This document shows positions 9,901 through 18,371 of a stretch of 64,000 nt of DNA, in pieces. The number at the start of each line of letters is the position of its first letter. Within the stretch, counting starts at the first letter, position 1. The notes beneath the pieces are model-generated. The model was not told the origin of the DNA and searched no databases. It worked only from the letters and a program-made list of their open reading frames with translations. Source of the stretch: Polyangiales bacterium. GTDB taxonomy: Bacteria > Myxococcota_A > Polyangia > Polyangiales > Polyangiaceae. Both the position numbers and the translations under genes were made by a program. Location of the stretch: NCBI GenBank assembly GCA_038231275.1, contig JBBRLQ010000010.1, forward strand, positions 181,993-245,992, read 5' to 3'.

Positions 9901-11706
9901 ATCGACGTGAAGGTCGGCGGCGACGCGCCCGCGCCTCGCCGTCACGTTCACATCTCGGATACGGGCTCCGTCGCGCGTGTCGAACACCCCCTGCGCCTGC
10001 ACGTCGGGCGCGCGCGCCGAGCCCGCGAGCGTCACGACGACGTTCATTCCGTCGAGGCTCCCGTCGCTCTTCAGGGTGGCGTCGGCGAACGAGAGGGCGC
10101 CGAGCGACAGCCCCGTCGCGTCGACCGCGGTCGTCAGCCCTGGTGCGGCGAGCGGCCCCATCGCTTGCGCCTCGACGTGCGCGTGGCCGACGTGGAGTGG
10201 CCCCTGCGCAGCGTCGTCGACGTCCACGGTCGCATGCCCTTCGAACGTCCCCTCCGGCACGTGCACGCGCGCGATTGCTTGCACGTCCGCGCGCCCCGTC
10301 ATCGTTCCGCCGAGCCGCGTCGCGCCCAGTCGCGCGACGCTCGCGCGCGCGTCGATCGCGAGCAGCTGCGACGCGCCGTCGGGCGTGTACGCGAACACCA
10401 CGTCGGTGGGCGCGCCGTCCTCGAGGATCTTGCCGCTCCCACTCACCGTCACGACCGGCGCGCCGGAGCCGGTGGCGACGCGGTAGTCGCCACGGAGCAT
10501 CGCGCGTGGAATCACCGTGCCGCGGACCGCGCCGCGCGCGACGTCGGCGTCGTAATCGCCGCCTATCGCTCCGCCCTTGATCAGGAACGAGACCCGCGCG
10601 GTCGCGCCGAGCGACGAGGCCGGCGCCGTCGGCGCGAAGGTGTGCATGTCGACGCCGCTCGCGGCCAGGTGAACTGTGCCGAACGGCGCGTCCGACAGAG
10701 TCGCGTCGCCTTTGGCTTCGAGCGACGCCGCGCCCAACGTCGCGCGCAGATCGCCCTCGACGCGCGGGAGCTCGCCACGAAGCGCGAGGTGGGCCGACGC
10801 GTCCTCGTGGATGGGGACCTCCGGCACGAGCGCGCGGATCGCCGCCGCCGTCGCGATTGGGACGTCGGCGGTGCCTTCCAGGTGTGCGCCGTCGAGCGTG
10901 AAGTGCGCCGTCGCCGGGATCGCGCCCACGGTGCCGCGCAATGCGGCATCGACGGAGTACGGACGCCCCGAGCGAGAAGGCAGGACCACGAGGGCCGATC
11001 CGTCGCCGACCACGTTCGCGCCGCGCGGCATTCCGCGGGTCCTCACCGCGAGACGCGTGGCGTCCACGCGCACCCCGCCCGACGCGACGTGGACGCTTGC
11101 GTGCACGTCGTCGGCGTCGGCGTCGAGTCGCGGAGCTCCGCCGATTGTTCCATGCACCCAGGCGTGCCGCACTTCGATGCGCGGAAGATCGACGCGAACG
11201 GGCCGCGCAGGGCCGCCGGGCGTCGTCGGCCGCGGCGTGAACGCGGCCTCGATCCGCGTCCGCCCGTCGGCGCGCGTGTCGAGGTTCACCTCGCCCCAGT
11301 CGATGTCGACGGACGAGATCGAAATTCGCAAATCGCGCCCCGTCGCGAGCAGCGACCGGATCAGGTCGACGACGGACAGGTGCGCGCGGAGCCCTCCGGC
11401 GCGGACGACCACGACCCCTTCGTCATCGACCATTCGCGCGGAGACTCCCTCCGCGCCGTACAGGCCGACGTGCTCGACCCCTTCGATCTGCAGCGTGCCC
11501 TGGAGCGCGCTCGCGAGGACGGGGTTCACGTGCGCGACGAGGACGCGTCGCCCGACGGGCGTGTCGAGGTGGAGCAAGATCCCACCGACGAGGGCGCCCG
11601 TGAACGTGACGGCGAGCCCTGCGCCGCCGGCGATGCGCCCGAGGACGCGCCACGCCCGCCTCGGTCTCCCTGGAGACGATGCGAACGAGGGCGGGCCGTT
11701 CGACAC
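6985..11706 (-). CDS. tamB: translocation/assembly module TamB-like protein (C-terminal DUF490)
   Basis: about 1570 aa, N-terminal TM anchor, beta-rich body, C-terminal LRSEPGRPQNEILALILFG and ending WRYRY; directly after the Omp85 gene; start GTG 11706 or TTG 11715. Confidence 0.85.
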   Translation of the reverse strand: MSNGPPSFASSPGRPRRAWRVLGRIAGGAGLAVTFTGALVGGILLHLDTPVGRRVLVAHVNPVLASALQGTLQIEGVEHVGLYGAEGVSARMVDDEGVVVVRAGGLRAHLSVVDLIRSLLATGRDLRISISSVDIDWGEVNLDTRADGRTRIEAAFTPRPTTPGGPARPVRVDLPRIEVRHAWVHGTIGGAPRLDADADDVHASVHVASGGVRVDATRLAVRTRGMPRGANVVGDGSALVVLPSRSGRPYSVDAALRGTVGAIPATAHFTLDGAHLEGTADVPIATAAAIRALVPEVPIHEDASAHLALRGELPRVEGDLRATLGAASLEAKGDATLSDAPFGTVHLAASGVDMHTFAPTAPASSLGATARVSFLIKGGAIGGDYDADVARGAVRGTVIPRAMLRGDYRVATGSGAPVVTVSGSGKILEDGAPTDVVFAYTPDGASQLLAIDARASVARLGATRLGGTMTGRADVQAIARVHVPEGTFEGHATVDVDDAAQGPLHVGHAHVEAQAMGPLAAPGLTTAVDATGLSLGALSFADATLKSDGSLDGMNVVVTLAGSARAPDVQAQGVFDTRDGARIRDVNVTARRGRVAADLHVDAVRAAGGEIQVDGAVLKGLGEPLTLSGRRGPTSAEARAVTKGLDLALVGGLLGMADRIRGGALTVDADLKATERAVHGTLTMDLRHADGFASKDANAHLDATFAGRAAAVRARASEAGFGRVEVKNARVEIPGDGPLRADAWKSAWGDVEVEGQVALSKLAFLVPHAGPSPIGDVGGNLSVRASAWRAKGSDSAPSFHAALETSGLTLATVTPARAANGTVVLSNEGRRLEGFDLQVDASLDGPSGDVGLDGRVVDRRGILVSLDARATALPYREIAAAPDTVDALLAVPFSARAFLPRRPFSAIPFVGDKAAGDVTASIGMQGTVLVPVVDVSAHMFGAKSPQAPITNKLDVDLVARYAAGLADATLEARTPKGKVLAATAHLEALLTDFVGADAKKDPPWVASANAKLDRFPLVAVAALSDRQVRGRISGQLEVAHLHGDASAKASLSVDGLEIGTARFATAKVDATVAGGALHGAARLDQPGSFVDARADVGVTWGALLVPKVDGTKPALLTLRAQSFPLAALTPFVEPAVADLSGKLDADARYSVPAGGEAAHASGTVSVHDATVQITSLGQELHGVQGKLTLSEGGVLRLEGVQAFGTSGMVMAAGVARLNGLRVAEARAAIRVPKGKPIPVGVQGVQMGDMYGDMQVVAVSSADGSITNIDVEVPTLHVRLPDASPHAVQPLDEPKKVRIGTFRAPGQFVTLPIDGEDLREPEATPGAPTRVNVAFHLGQDVAIERGRTLRVALEGTPEIHVSDKTRMSGQIRLKSGTLEVQNKHFEIERGTVSFVGDDPSNPEVVVTAGWTASDGTRVLADFSGPLKTGKVTLRSEPGRPQNEILALILFGTADGSSSTPYAQPTADGATRAGTAAGGLASGGLSKGIDSLTGLDVETKVDTTDSANPRPEVELRIAKDISLQIAVVLGTPPPGTNPDRTFATIDWRFLRNWSLATTFGDQGSSMADVVWRYRY

Positions 11707-11711
11707 GGCGG

Positions 11712-13895
11712 TCAATAGGCCTCTCCAATGCCGAAAGCGACGGCCACGGGGATGCCGAACAACGTCGGCGGCAGCCCCTCGGTCGGATCGCTGCGCGCGA
11801 TGGCCTGTTCGTCCGCGAACCCGAGCACCTGCGCGGGCTGGATGCGGTAGCCGATGTCGAGGCGGATCGGGCCGACCGGCGTCTCGTAGCGCGCGCCGAG
11901 GCCGCACGAGAGGTGGAGGTGATTGAGGCGCACGTTCCCGGGGTGCGGCGACACGTCGCTCATGTCGCAGAACGTCGCGGCGTGGAACGGCCCCGCGATC
12001 GCGAAGCGGACCTCGTTCGAGAGCTCCCACAGCGTAAAGCCGCCGATCGAGATCGAGCAGACCGCCGGGTCGGGGCTGAAGTTGTTCGCCGGCGACGGGT
12101 CACAATTGAGGCGAACCTGCTGCGACGCCGTCTGCGGGTTCAGGAACGGCACCACGCCGTGCGGCGCGATTCCGCGAATGGGAAAGCCGCGGTTCGAGGT
12201 GGAGCCGCCGGAGAAGAATCCCCTGAAGAACACCGTCTCGATGTCGCGCACGCGCGCCGCGCGGTTCGCGTCGGTGAGCGGCTCTCCGAGCCGGTTTTGC
12301 ACGACGTCTCCGTAGTTCTGCGAGAGCAAGAACCCGACCGAGGCGCGCGTCGCGAACGTGACCTTCTTCCCGAGCGGGATGTACGTCCGCACCTCCGGCT
12401 GGACCTTCACGTCCCGCGCGTCACCGCCCACGCCGGCGACCTGGACCTCGTTGCCGAGGTAAATCCCCTTGTGCGTATGCACGCGATCGTCACGAAAATC
12501 CAACGACGTCACGAGCGACGGATACGAGATGACGAGCATCTTCAGCGCGGGATCGAGCGCTCCCTTGTAGGCGAATGGCGCCTCTACCTGGACGTTGTGG
12601 CCGAGCGACGCGTAAAACTTCCCGAACGCGCGATCTGCGCCGACGCTGAGTTTGACCTCGGCGTAGCCCACGACCGGATCGTCGGGCAGCGGCGACGTCT
12701 TCACGAGGAGCGGAAAGACGTTGAGCTCGGGGCGAATGAACCCGTGCGTGCGCGCCTCGATGAAGCCCGGCTGCCGCAGCTGTAGCCGGAGCTTCGACTC
12801 GGGCAAGAGGCTGTTCGGCGCGACGAGGTTGTTGATCCGCGTCGGGTAGAGAACGACGCCGGGACGGAACTCGATCGTGAAGTCGCGGAGGCCACCGAGG
12901 AAATTGTGGTCCTCCCACCCGATGAGGCCGTGCAGGTCGGTCTTCAGCTGATCGAACTCGAGACCGCCGCCGAGCCTCCACTCGTGCAGCTGGCTCGGCT
13001 CGACCTTGATGTGGACCGGGACGACGCGCGGCTCCGGCGGCGGATCGGTGAGCACGGGCGCGACGTCGACGGCGCTCAGCACCTCGAGATCGAGCAGCGC
13101 GCGCGTCGCCGACTCGAGGGCGAGGGTCGAGTACGGCGTCCCTTCGGCGATGTCGACCGCGCGGAGGAGCGGCGCCTGGGGCAGCGTGCGCTTGTGGCCG
13201 CCGCTCACCGGAGGGTCGAGGCCCTCGATCGTCACCTTGCCGAAGACGGCGGGCTTGTCGGGGGTCACCGCCATCGACACGTCGGCGGTGTGCCGCACGA
13301 TGTCGACGAAGACGTCGCGGTCGACCTTCGCGTAGGCGTACCCGCGATCGGTCAGCGCCTTGCGCGCGTCCCTCTCGGCGGCCTCGTACTTGTCCTCGTC
13401 GAAGGGCTCGCCAGGCGGCAGCTGCGCCTTCACGGCGGCGGTGACGGCGTCGACGAGAGCGCGGGGCAGTCCATCCATCCCCTGGACTGCGAGGTCGTGG
13501 TTTTTGATCGGCTCGCCCTCTTCGACGATGATCTCGACGTCGACGTGGGCGTCGCTGCCCTCGAAGACGTGGCCCGCACGTGCGTGCGCGTCGTAAAACC
13601 CGCGGGCGCGGTAGAATCGCTCCACGCGCGCGAGGTCGCGCTGAAGGACGTTGTAGTCGTAGAGCCGGTAGTCGAAGGCGACGCCGCGGAAGAGGCCGAA
13701 GAGCTTGGCGCTCGGCGTCGTGGCGAGGACGTCCTCGAGATCCGACGATGCGATGACCTTCGTGCCGCGCAGGGTGACGTCGTCGACCGCGTAGCGACCT
13801 TCCGGGACCTTGGAGCAGCCGAGCGTGGCGACGAGCGCGACGAGGGGGCCGAGCCACGCGCGATCTGCTGTGGCGATCGTGTCGCGTGAGGGCAT
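11712..13895 (-). CDS. tamA: BamA/TamA family outer-membrane protein (POTRA domains + Omp85 barrel)
   Basis: POTRA motifs RFYRARGF and LTDRGYAYA; FFSGG..SNRGF; TPVGPIRLDIG; ends FGIGEAY. Confidence 0.88.
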   Translation of the reverse strand: MPSRDTIATADRAWLGPLVALVATLGCSKVPEGRYAVDDVTLRGTKVIASSDLEDVLATTPSAKLFGLFRGVAFDYRLYDYNVLQRDLARVERFYRARGFYDAHARAGHVFEGSDAHVDVEIIVEEGEPIKNHDLAVQGMDGLPRALVDAVTAAVKAQLPPGEPFDEDKYEAAERDARKALTDRGYAYAKVDRDVFVDIVRHTADVSMAVTPDKPAVFGKVTIEGLDPPVSGGHKRTLPQAPLLRAVDIAEGTPYSTLALESATRALLDLEVLSAVDVAPVLTDPPPEPRVVPVHIKVEPSQLHEWRLGGGLEFDQLKTDLHGLIGWEDHNFLGGLRDFTIEFRPGVVLYPTRINNLVAPNSLLPESKLRLQLRQPGFIEARTHGFIRPELNVFPLLVKTSPLPDDPVVGYAEVKLSVGADRAFGKFYASLGHNVQVEAPFAYKGALDPALKMLVISYPSLVTSLDFRDDRVHTHKGIYLGNEVQVAGVGGDARDVKVQPEVRTYIPLGKKVTFATRASVGFLLSQNYGDVVQNRLGEPLTDANRAARVRDIETVFFRGFFSGGSTSNRGFPIRGIAPHGVVPFLNPQTASQQVRLNCDPSPANNFSPDPAVCSISIGGFTLWELSNEVRFAIAGPFHAATFCDMSDVSPHPGNVRLNHLHLSCGLGARYETPVGPIRLDIGYRIQPAQVLGFADEQAIARSDPTEGLPPTLFGIPVAVAFGIGEAY

Positions 13896-13931
13896 CGCCG
13901 CACACTCCTGCAACGAAGAGACCAGGCCCGG

Positions 13932-13973
13932 CTCATGCGCGCGCCAGGACGTCTCATGCGCGCGCCAGGACGT
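13932..13973. repeat. perfect 21-bp tandem duplication
   Basis: CTCATGCGCGCGCCAGGACGT at 13932-13952 and 13953-13973. Confidence 0.95.
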
Positions 13974-13979
13974 GCAGGT

Positions 13980-13993
13980 GGCACTCGCCGTGC
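13980..13993 (+). promoter_or_regulatory. sigma-54 -24/-12 box
   Basis: TGGCACTCGCCGTGCT. Confidence 0.65.
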
Positions 13994-14005
13994 TAAGTCG
14001 CGGGC

Positions 14006-14482
14006 ATGAGACCGTGGTGGATCGGTGTGGCGGGAGTCCTCGCCGCGCTCGCGTGCAACTCGGGGCTTCCGCATCCGCCCTACGCCGCGCACGCGTCGTC
14101 CGAGCTGACCGAGGTTCCGTTCCCTCCTCCGCCCGCGCGCGTCGAGACGGTGCCGCCGATGCCCGCCTCGGGGGCGCTGTGGATCGAAGGGGAGTGGTCG
14201 TGGCGCGGAAGGAAATGGTCTTGGAAAGAAGGCTATTGGGCCCCATCGTCCGCCACCGGCACGTACTCGCCGTGGCAGACGGTCCGCAACGACGCGGGGA
14301 CGATCTTCTTCGCGCCCGGCACGTGGCGCGACGCCAAGGGACAGCCCGCGCCTCCGCCCGCGCCGCTCGCACTCGCATCGGCGCGAACCACTTCCGTCGT
14401 CGATCCCGAGGGCGAGACCGAGCCCACCGGGCGAAACCTGTCGCCCGACGGCGGGCCGCTGCGAAGGGACGCAGGCCCGTGA
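14006..14482 (+). CDS. lipoprotein with WxxGxW repeats
   Basis: lipobox ALAC; PPPARVE..P, WIEGEW, WKEGYW. Confidence 0.8.
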   Translation: MRPWWIGVAGVLAALACNSGLPHPPYAAHASSELTEVPFPPPPARVETVPPMPASGALWIEGEWSWRGRKWSWKEGYWAPSSATGTYSPWQTVRNDAGTIFFAPGTWRDAKGQPAPPPAPLALASARTTSVVDPEGETEPTGRNLSPDGGPLRRDAGP

Positions 14483-14718
14483 GCGACACGGCCATCTTCC
14501 TCGGGGCCGCGATCCTGTTCGCCATCGCGGTGACCGCGCACGTCGCCATCGCCGCCGGGCTCGCGCTCCGCTCTCCGCGCTGGCGTGGGCTCGTCGCGCT
14601 CGTGGCCCCGCCGCTCGCGCCGTATTGGGCATTCCAGAGCGGCATGCGCGTGCGCGCGACGGCGTGGGTGGGCGCCGTCCTCGCGTACGTCGTGCTGCGC
14701 GCCGTCCTTTGGCGCTGA
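14479..14718 (+). CDS. small membrane protein, 79 aa
   Basis: GTGA overlap with upstream stop; 2-3 hydrophobic segments. Confidence 0.7.
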   Translation: MSDTAIFLGAAILFAIAVTAHVAIAAGLALRSPRWRGLVALVAPPLAPYWAFQSGMRVRATAWVGAVLAYVVLRAVLWR

Positions 14719-14727
14719 AAATCCCTC

Positions 14728-15339
14728 TCAGTGCGCGGAGCGAGGAGCCGCCGCGTCGCCGCCGTCGAGCCGTGCCGGTTTCACGTCGCGATCGCGCTCG
14801 CCGGTGCGCACTACGCGCGCGTGGAACGACACCGCGAGCACGAGGGCGTCGGGGGTGACCCGAACCTCGCCCCAGGCCACCTGCAGACCCAGCGCTTCGA
14901 AGTGCTCGAGTGTCGCGGGCATCTTGAAGACATGGCTGAGCGAGTCGGTGAAGTCCCATTCGAGCGCGACGTGATCGCGGTCGAGGGTCTCGTTGATCTT
15001 CTCCGTAATCTTCTCGTCGACGACATCGGGCAGACCCGCGAAGTCCGCGTGTTCGACGCGGACCGAGAAGACGAGCCGGTCGCCGGTGGACGACGCGGCG
15101 ATCTGGGGCTTCACGAGGGCCGTAAGCGAACGCAAGGTGACCGGTACTTGGATACCCAGGACCGGCCAATGGACCTTCGCCTTGCACGTGAGGCGCAGCC
15201 CCGTGTCGGTGACGAGCTCGAGCTCCGAGGGCCCTTCGAGCTCCACACTGCCGCCACCGTTCAAGCGAACGGTGAGCGGCATCAGTTCCGGGAGAAGCGC
15301 GACGAGGTCGTGCTTTGCGAGGATCGCTTCGAGCCACAT
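14728..15339 (-). CDS. hypothetical protein, 203 aa
   Basis: protein-like composition; starts 7 nt after the ymgE-like gene. Confidence 0.75.
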   Translation of the reverse strand: MWLEAILAKHDLVALLPELMPLTVRLNGGGSVELEGPSELELVTDTGLRLTCKAKVHWPVLGIQVPVTLRSLTALVKPQIAASSTGDRLVFSVRVEHADFAGLPDVVDEKITEKINETLDRDHVALEWDFTDSLSHVFKMPATLEHFEALGLQVAWGEVRVTPDALVLAVSFHARVVRTGERDRDVKPARLDGGDAAAPRSAH

Positions 15340-15346
15340 GGGGGCC

Positions 15347-15607
15347 TCAGGACGCCACGCGTCGTCCTGCGATCGCGTGATAGATGCCGAGGACGACGAT
15401 CGAGCCGATCACGGCGACGAACATGCTCCACAGGTTGAAGCCGGTGACGCCCGCGGCGCCAAACGTGTTGAAGAGGAAGCCGCCGACGACGGCGCCCACC
15501 ACGCCAAGGACGATGTCGAGGAGCGCGCCCTCTCCACTCTTGTTGACGATCTTGCTGGCGATGAAGCCGGCGATGAGGCCAAACACAATCCACGCGATAA
15601 TCGACAT
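15347..15607 (-). CDS. GlsB/YeaQ/YmgE (transglycosylase-associated) stress membrane protein
   Basis: IIAWIVFGLIAGFIASKI..DIVLGVVGAVVGG signature; SD AAGGAG. Confidence 0.93.
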   Translation of the reverse strand: MSIIAWIVFGLIAGFIASKIVNKSGEGALLDIVLGVVGAVVGGFLFNTFGAAGVTGFNLWSMFVAVIGSIVVLGIYHAIAGRRVAS

Positions 15608-15653
15608 GATCGTTCTCCTTCTTCGACGCTCGGTAGCGCCCGCCCCACGGAGT

Positions 15654-15667
15654 GCAGAACCCGAGCC
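15654..15667 (-). promoter_or_regulatory. sigma-54 -24/-12 box
   Basis: TGGCTCGGGTTCTGCA. Confidence 0.6.
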
Positions 15668-15786
15668 AATCGATAGGCGCGTGGTGGCGCGAGGAATGCG
15701 CTCCAACCGACGCCTTTCCGCCACCGTGAGGCGCATTTGCGCGCCTGCGCCCGCTCAGCAGCCCATGCATCACGGCAAATATTGCT

Positions 15787-15800
15787 GGCGCGCATGTTGC
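15787..15800 (+). promoter_or_regulatory. sigma-54 -24/-12 box
   Basis: TGGCGCGCATGTTGCT, identical to the box at 27912-27925. Confidence 0.7.
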
Positions 15801-15814
15801 TCAAGGCACGAAAG

Positions 15815-16780
15815 ATGGGCATTCGAAGGCTTCGAGTGGTTGCCGCGGCTTTGTCGAGCGTGTGCTTGCTTCAAACGACCGGCGCGCTCGCGCAGCAGCC
15901 GGCCCCGGCCGCGGACGGCGGGGCTCCAGTCTCGCCGACTACGCAGACTCCGGTGGACCAGATCGCACCGCCAGGACCGGGCGCCGACCCTAAGAAGGTC
16001 GAGGAGGCGAAGGAGATCGCGAAGGTCGCGCAGAACACGCCGATCGTCACGGATCCGAAGAACCCGACGCGTCCCGCGTTCCAGCTCTATGCGGAGCTCG
16101 ACATCCCGGTGCTCGGCATCGGCGCCGTGTTCGCGGCCGCGCGTTTGATCCGCACGCAGCGTGCGTTCTGCGCTCCGCTTTGCGATCCGAACGACCTCAA
16201 CGCGCTCGATCGTACGACCGCTGGCTTTTACAGCACGGGATGGGGCACGGCCTCGGACTTCGGGCTCTACGGTGCCGTCGCAGGCGCCGCGGTGCTCCTC
16301 GCCGGGGACGAAGGGCTCCTCGACGGGCTGAACGACGCCGTCGTCGTCGCGGAGTCCGCGCTCAGCGCAACGGCGGTCTCGACGATGCTGACCCTCGCCG
16401 CGGGACGCCCGCGGCCGCTCCTCTTCGGGACGAACGCTCCTCTGGAACAGCGCGAGAGCGCCGACGCGAGCCTCTCCTTCTTGAGCAGCCACGCGTCGGT
16501 CACCTCTTCGATCGCGATGTCGATGTTCATGACGATGAAGCGGCTTCACCCGACCTCCAGCGGCCCGTACTGGGTCCTCGCTGTGGGCGGTCTCCTCACC
16601 GCCTTCGTCGGCACCGCGCGCGTCATGGCCGGTAAGCATTTCATTACCGACTCGATCGGCGGCGCCATCGTCGGATCGTCGCTCGGCGTCATCGTCCCCG
16701 CCCTTCATCAATCGCCGGTGAGGATCGTCCCCATCGTGAGCGAAAACCAGAAGGGTCTAGGGCTGAGCGGAGCGTTCTGA
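15815..16780 (+). CDS. exported PAP2-family phosphatase
   Basis: signal peptide (ALA/QQ); GRPRP, SFLSSH, RVMAGKHFITD motifs. Confidence 0.85.
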   Translation: MGIRRLRVVAAALSSVCLLQTTGALAQQPAPAADGGAPVSPTTQTPVDQIAPPGPGADPKKVEEAKEIAKVAQNTPIVTDPKNPTRPAFQLYAELDIPVLGIGAVFAAARLIRTQRAFCAPLCDPNDLNALDRTTAGFYSTGWGTASDFGLYGAVAGAAVLLAGDEGLLDGLNDAVVVAESALSATAVSTMLTLAAGRPRPLLFGTNAPLEQRESADASLSFLSSHASVTSSIAMSMFMTMKRLHPTSSGPYWVLAVGGLLTAFVGTARVMAGKHFITDSIGGAIVGSSLGVIVPALHQSPVRIVPIVSENQKGLGLSGAF

Positions 16781-16816
16781 GGCGGTCGATGCTGGCCTCT
16801 CACGAGGCCGCGGCGC

Positions 16817-17680
16817 CTACTGCGACGCCGTGGCCGTGAAGCTCTTCACGATCTGGAGCGTCTCCGAGATGGGTTCCCCAGGGACCAGCTCGGGGAGATC
16901 GCCGCTCACACCCGCCAAGATGATCGTGATGTTGTCGTCGCCGCCGCGCGCCTTCGCGAGGTCGATGAGGGACGTGCACGCCGCGTCGAGGCGCGTGGAC
17001 GTGAGGATCGTGCGCTGGATCTCCTCCGGCGTGACATGGATCGTGAGGCCGTCGGAGCACAGGAGGAAGCAGTCGCGCTGGCGGAGCTCGAGCTTCCCTA
17101 GCCCGACCTGCACCTCGGGAGACTGCCCCATCGCCTGCAGAATGACGTTCTTGAACGGCGCGCGCGCGGCCTCTTCGGGCTTGATCGCGCCGGTGTCGAT
17201 GAGGAGCTGGATGTAGCTCTGGTCCTTGGTGACCTGTTCGAGGTGGCCGCCGCGTAGCAGGTACGCGCGCGAATCACCGACCTCGGCGATGTGCGCAGTC
17301 CCGCGGTGGACGAAGAGCGCGGTGACGGTCGCGCCCATTCCCGCGCGCTCTGGCGTCTGGGCGGCCTCCCACGTCTCGCGGTTCGCGCGCTCCACCGCGC
17401 GCTCGATGAGGGCGTCGTTGGTCGGCTCCCCCTTCGCCGCCGACATCGCGCGGCGCATCGACTCGACGACGAGCGCGCTCGCGACCTCACCCGCGCGGTG
17501 CCCGCCCATGCCGTCGGAGACGGCGAGAAGAACGCCGCGCTCCCCGATCTCGAACCGCGTGATGGGCGTCGTTTCGACCAGGCTGTCGCCCGTGAGATCG
17601 GCGATGACGAAGGCGTCCTCGTTGGTCTTGCGCTTGAGCCCGATGTCAGTCTGCCCGCACACAGTGAGATTGACGGTCAT
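16817..17680 (-). CDS. PP2C/Stp1-type Ser/Thr protein phosphatase
   Basis: TDIG..R..NED, DGMGGH, GDSRAY, CSDGL, GGDDNIT; SD GGAGG. Confidence 0.93.
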   Translation of the reverse strand: MTVNLTVCGQTDIGLKRKTNEDAFVIADLTGDSLVETTPITRFEIGERGVLLAVSDGMGGHRAGEVASALVVESMRRAMSAAKGEPTNDALIERAVERANRETWEAAQTPERAGMGATVTALFVHRGTAHIAEVGDSRAYLLRGGHLEQVTKDQSYIQLLIDTGAIKPEEAARAPFKNVILQAMGQSPEVQVGLGKLELRQRDCFLLCSDGLTIHVTPEEIQRTILTSTRLDAACTSLIDLAKARGGDDNITIILAGVSGDLPELVPGEPISETLQIVKSFTATASQ

Positions 17681-17716
17681 CGCGTCCTCCATGACATGTT
17701 CATCGAACCTTGAGCT

Positions 17717-17730
17717 GCACGCGTCGGGCC
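17717..17730 (-). promoter_or_regulatory. sigma-54 -24/-12 box
   Basis: TGGCCCGACGCGTGCA. Confidence 0.55.
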
Positions 17731-17831
17731 AGTGCGTCGCTGGGACCTCGAGCGCGAGGCGTCCTTGCTGCGCGGCGCCAGTTCGCCACACGCGGCCCAC
17801 GCCAAGTCGCCGACATTCGCGCGGCATCCGT

Positions 17832-17845
17832 GGTCTCTCGATTGC
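17832..17845 (+). promoter_or_regulatory. sigma-54 -24/-12 box
   Basis: TGGTCTCTCGATTGCA. Confidence 0.55.
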
Positions 17846-17893
17846 AAACGGCACTGGCGGGCGACCATCGCCCCAAGAAAGGTTGAACGACTC

Positions 17894-18298
17894 ATGCGAA
17901 TCCTCATCGGTTTGGGCGGATTGAGTTTGGCCGTCGCGTTGACGGCCGCGTGCGGCCGCGGCGAGGTCAAAGGACCCAACGCGCCCACGATGACGTCGGC
18001 GCACATCGCGACGAACGAGGGCGCGATCGAGCGCATCACGGCGGCGCGCTGCGATCGCGAGGTCGCGTGCAACAACGTCGGCGCCGGCAAGTCGTACGAC
18101 ACGCGCGAGGCCTGCACGAACAAGCTCGGCCACGACAAGCGCGCGGATCTGCGCGCCGAAGAATGCCCGCGCGGCATCAGCGAGCCGGATCTCAATGACT
18201 GCCTCACGGACATCAAGAGCGAGAAGTGCGGCAACCCGCTCGACACGGTCAGCCGTCTCGCGGCGTGCCGCAAAGGCAAGCTCTGCCTCGAGCACTGA
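17894..18298 (+). CDS. Cys-rich lipoprotein, DUF6184-like
   Basis: lipobox TAAC; ARCDREVACNNVG..YDTREAC..C..C..C..C..LC pattern. Confidence 0.7.
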   Translation: MRILIGLGGLSLAVALTAACGRGEVKGPNAPTMTSAHIATNEGAIERITAARCDREVACNNVGAGKSYDTREACTNKLGHDKRADLRAEECPRGISEPDLNDCLTDIKSEKCGNPLDTVSRLAACRKGKLCLEH

Positions 18299-18320
18299 CC
18301 GCGCATTGCGGAGAGACGCG

Positions 18321-18348
18321 ATGCCCGCCGGGTCAAACCGGCGGGCAT
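18321..18348. terminator. hairpin between convergent genes
   Basis: ATGCCCGCCGG-N6-CCGGCGGGCAT, 11-bp perfect stem. Confidence 0.6.
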
Positions 18349-18371
18349 TCGCGTTTGCGCTACCCGCGGCG

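Noticed and set aside
9307..11718. 803-aa plus-strand ORF and other long Arg/Ala-rich ORFs over tamAB
   Set aside because: Shadow frames with Arg-rich low-information translations.
11707..14645. Long N-terminal extensions given by the ORF track (tamB to 12030, tamA to 14645, and similar for 18372, 21438, 26209, 49805)
   Set aside because: They overlap real neighbouring genes; signal peptides, SDs and promoter boxes indicate shorter starts.
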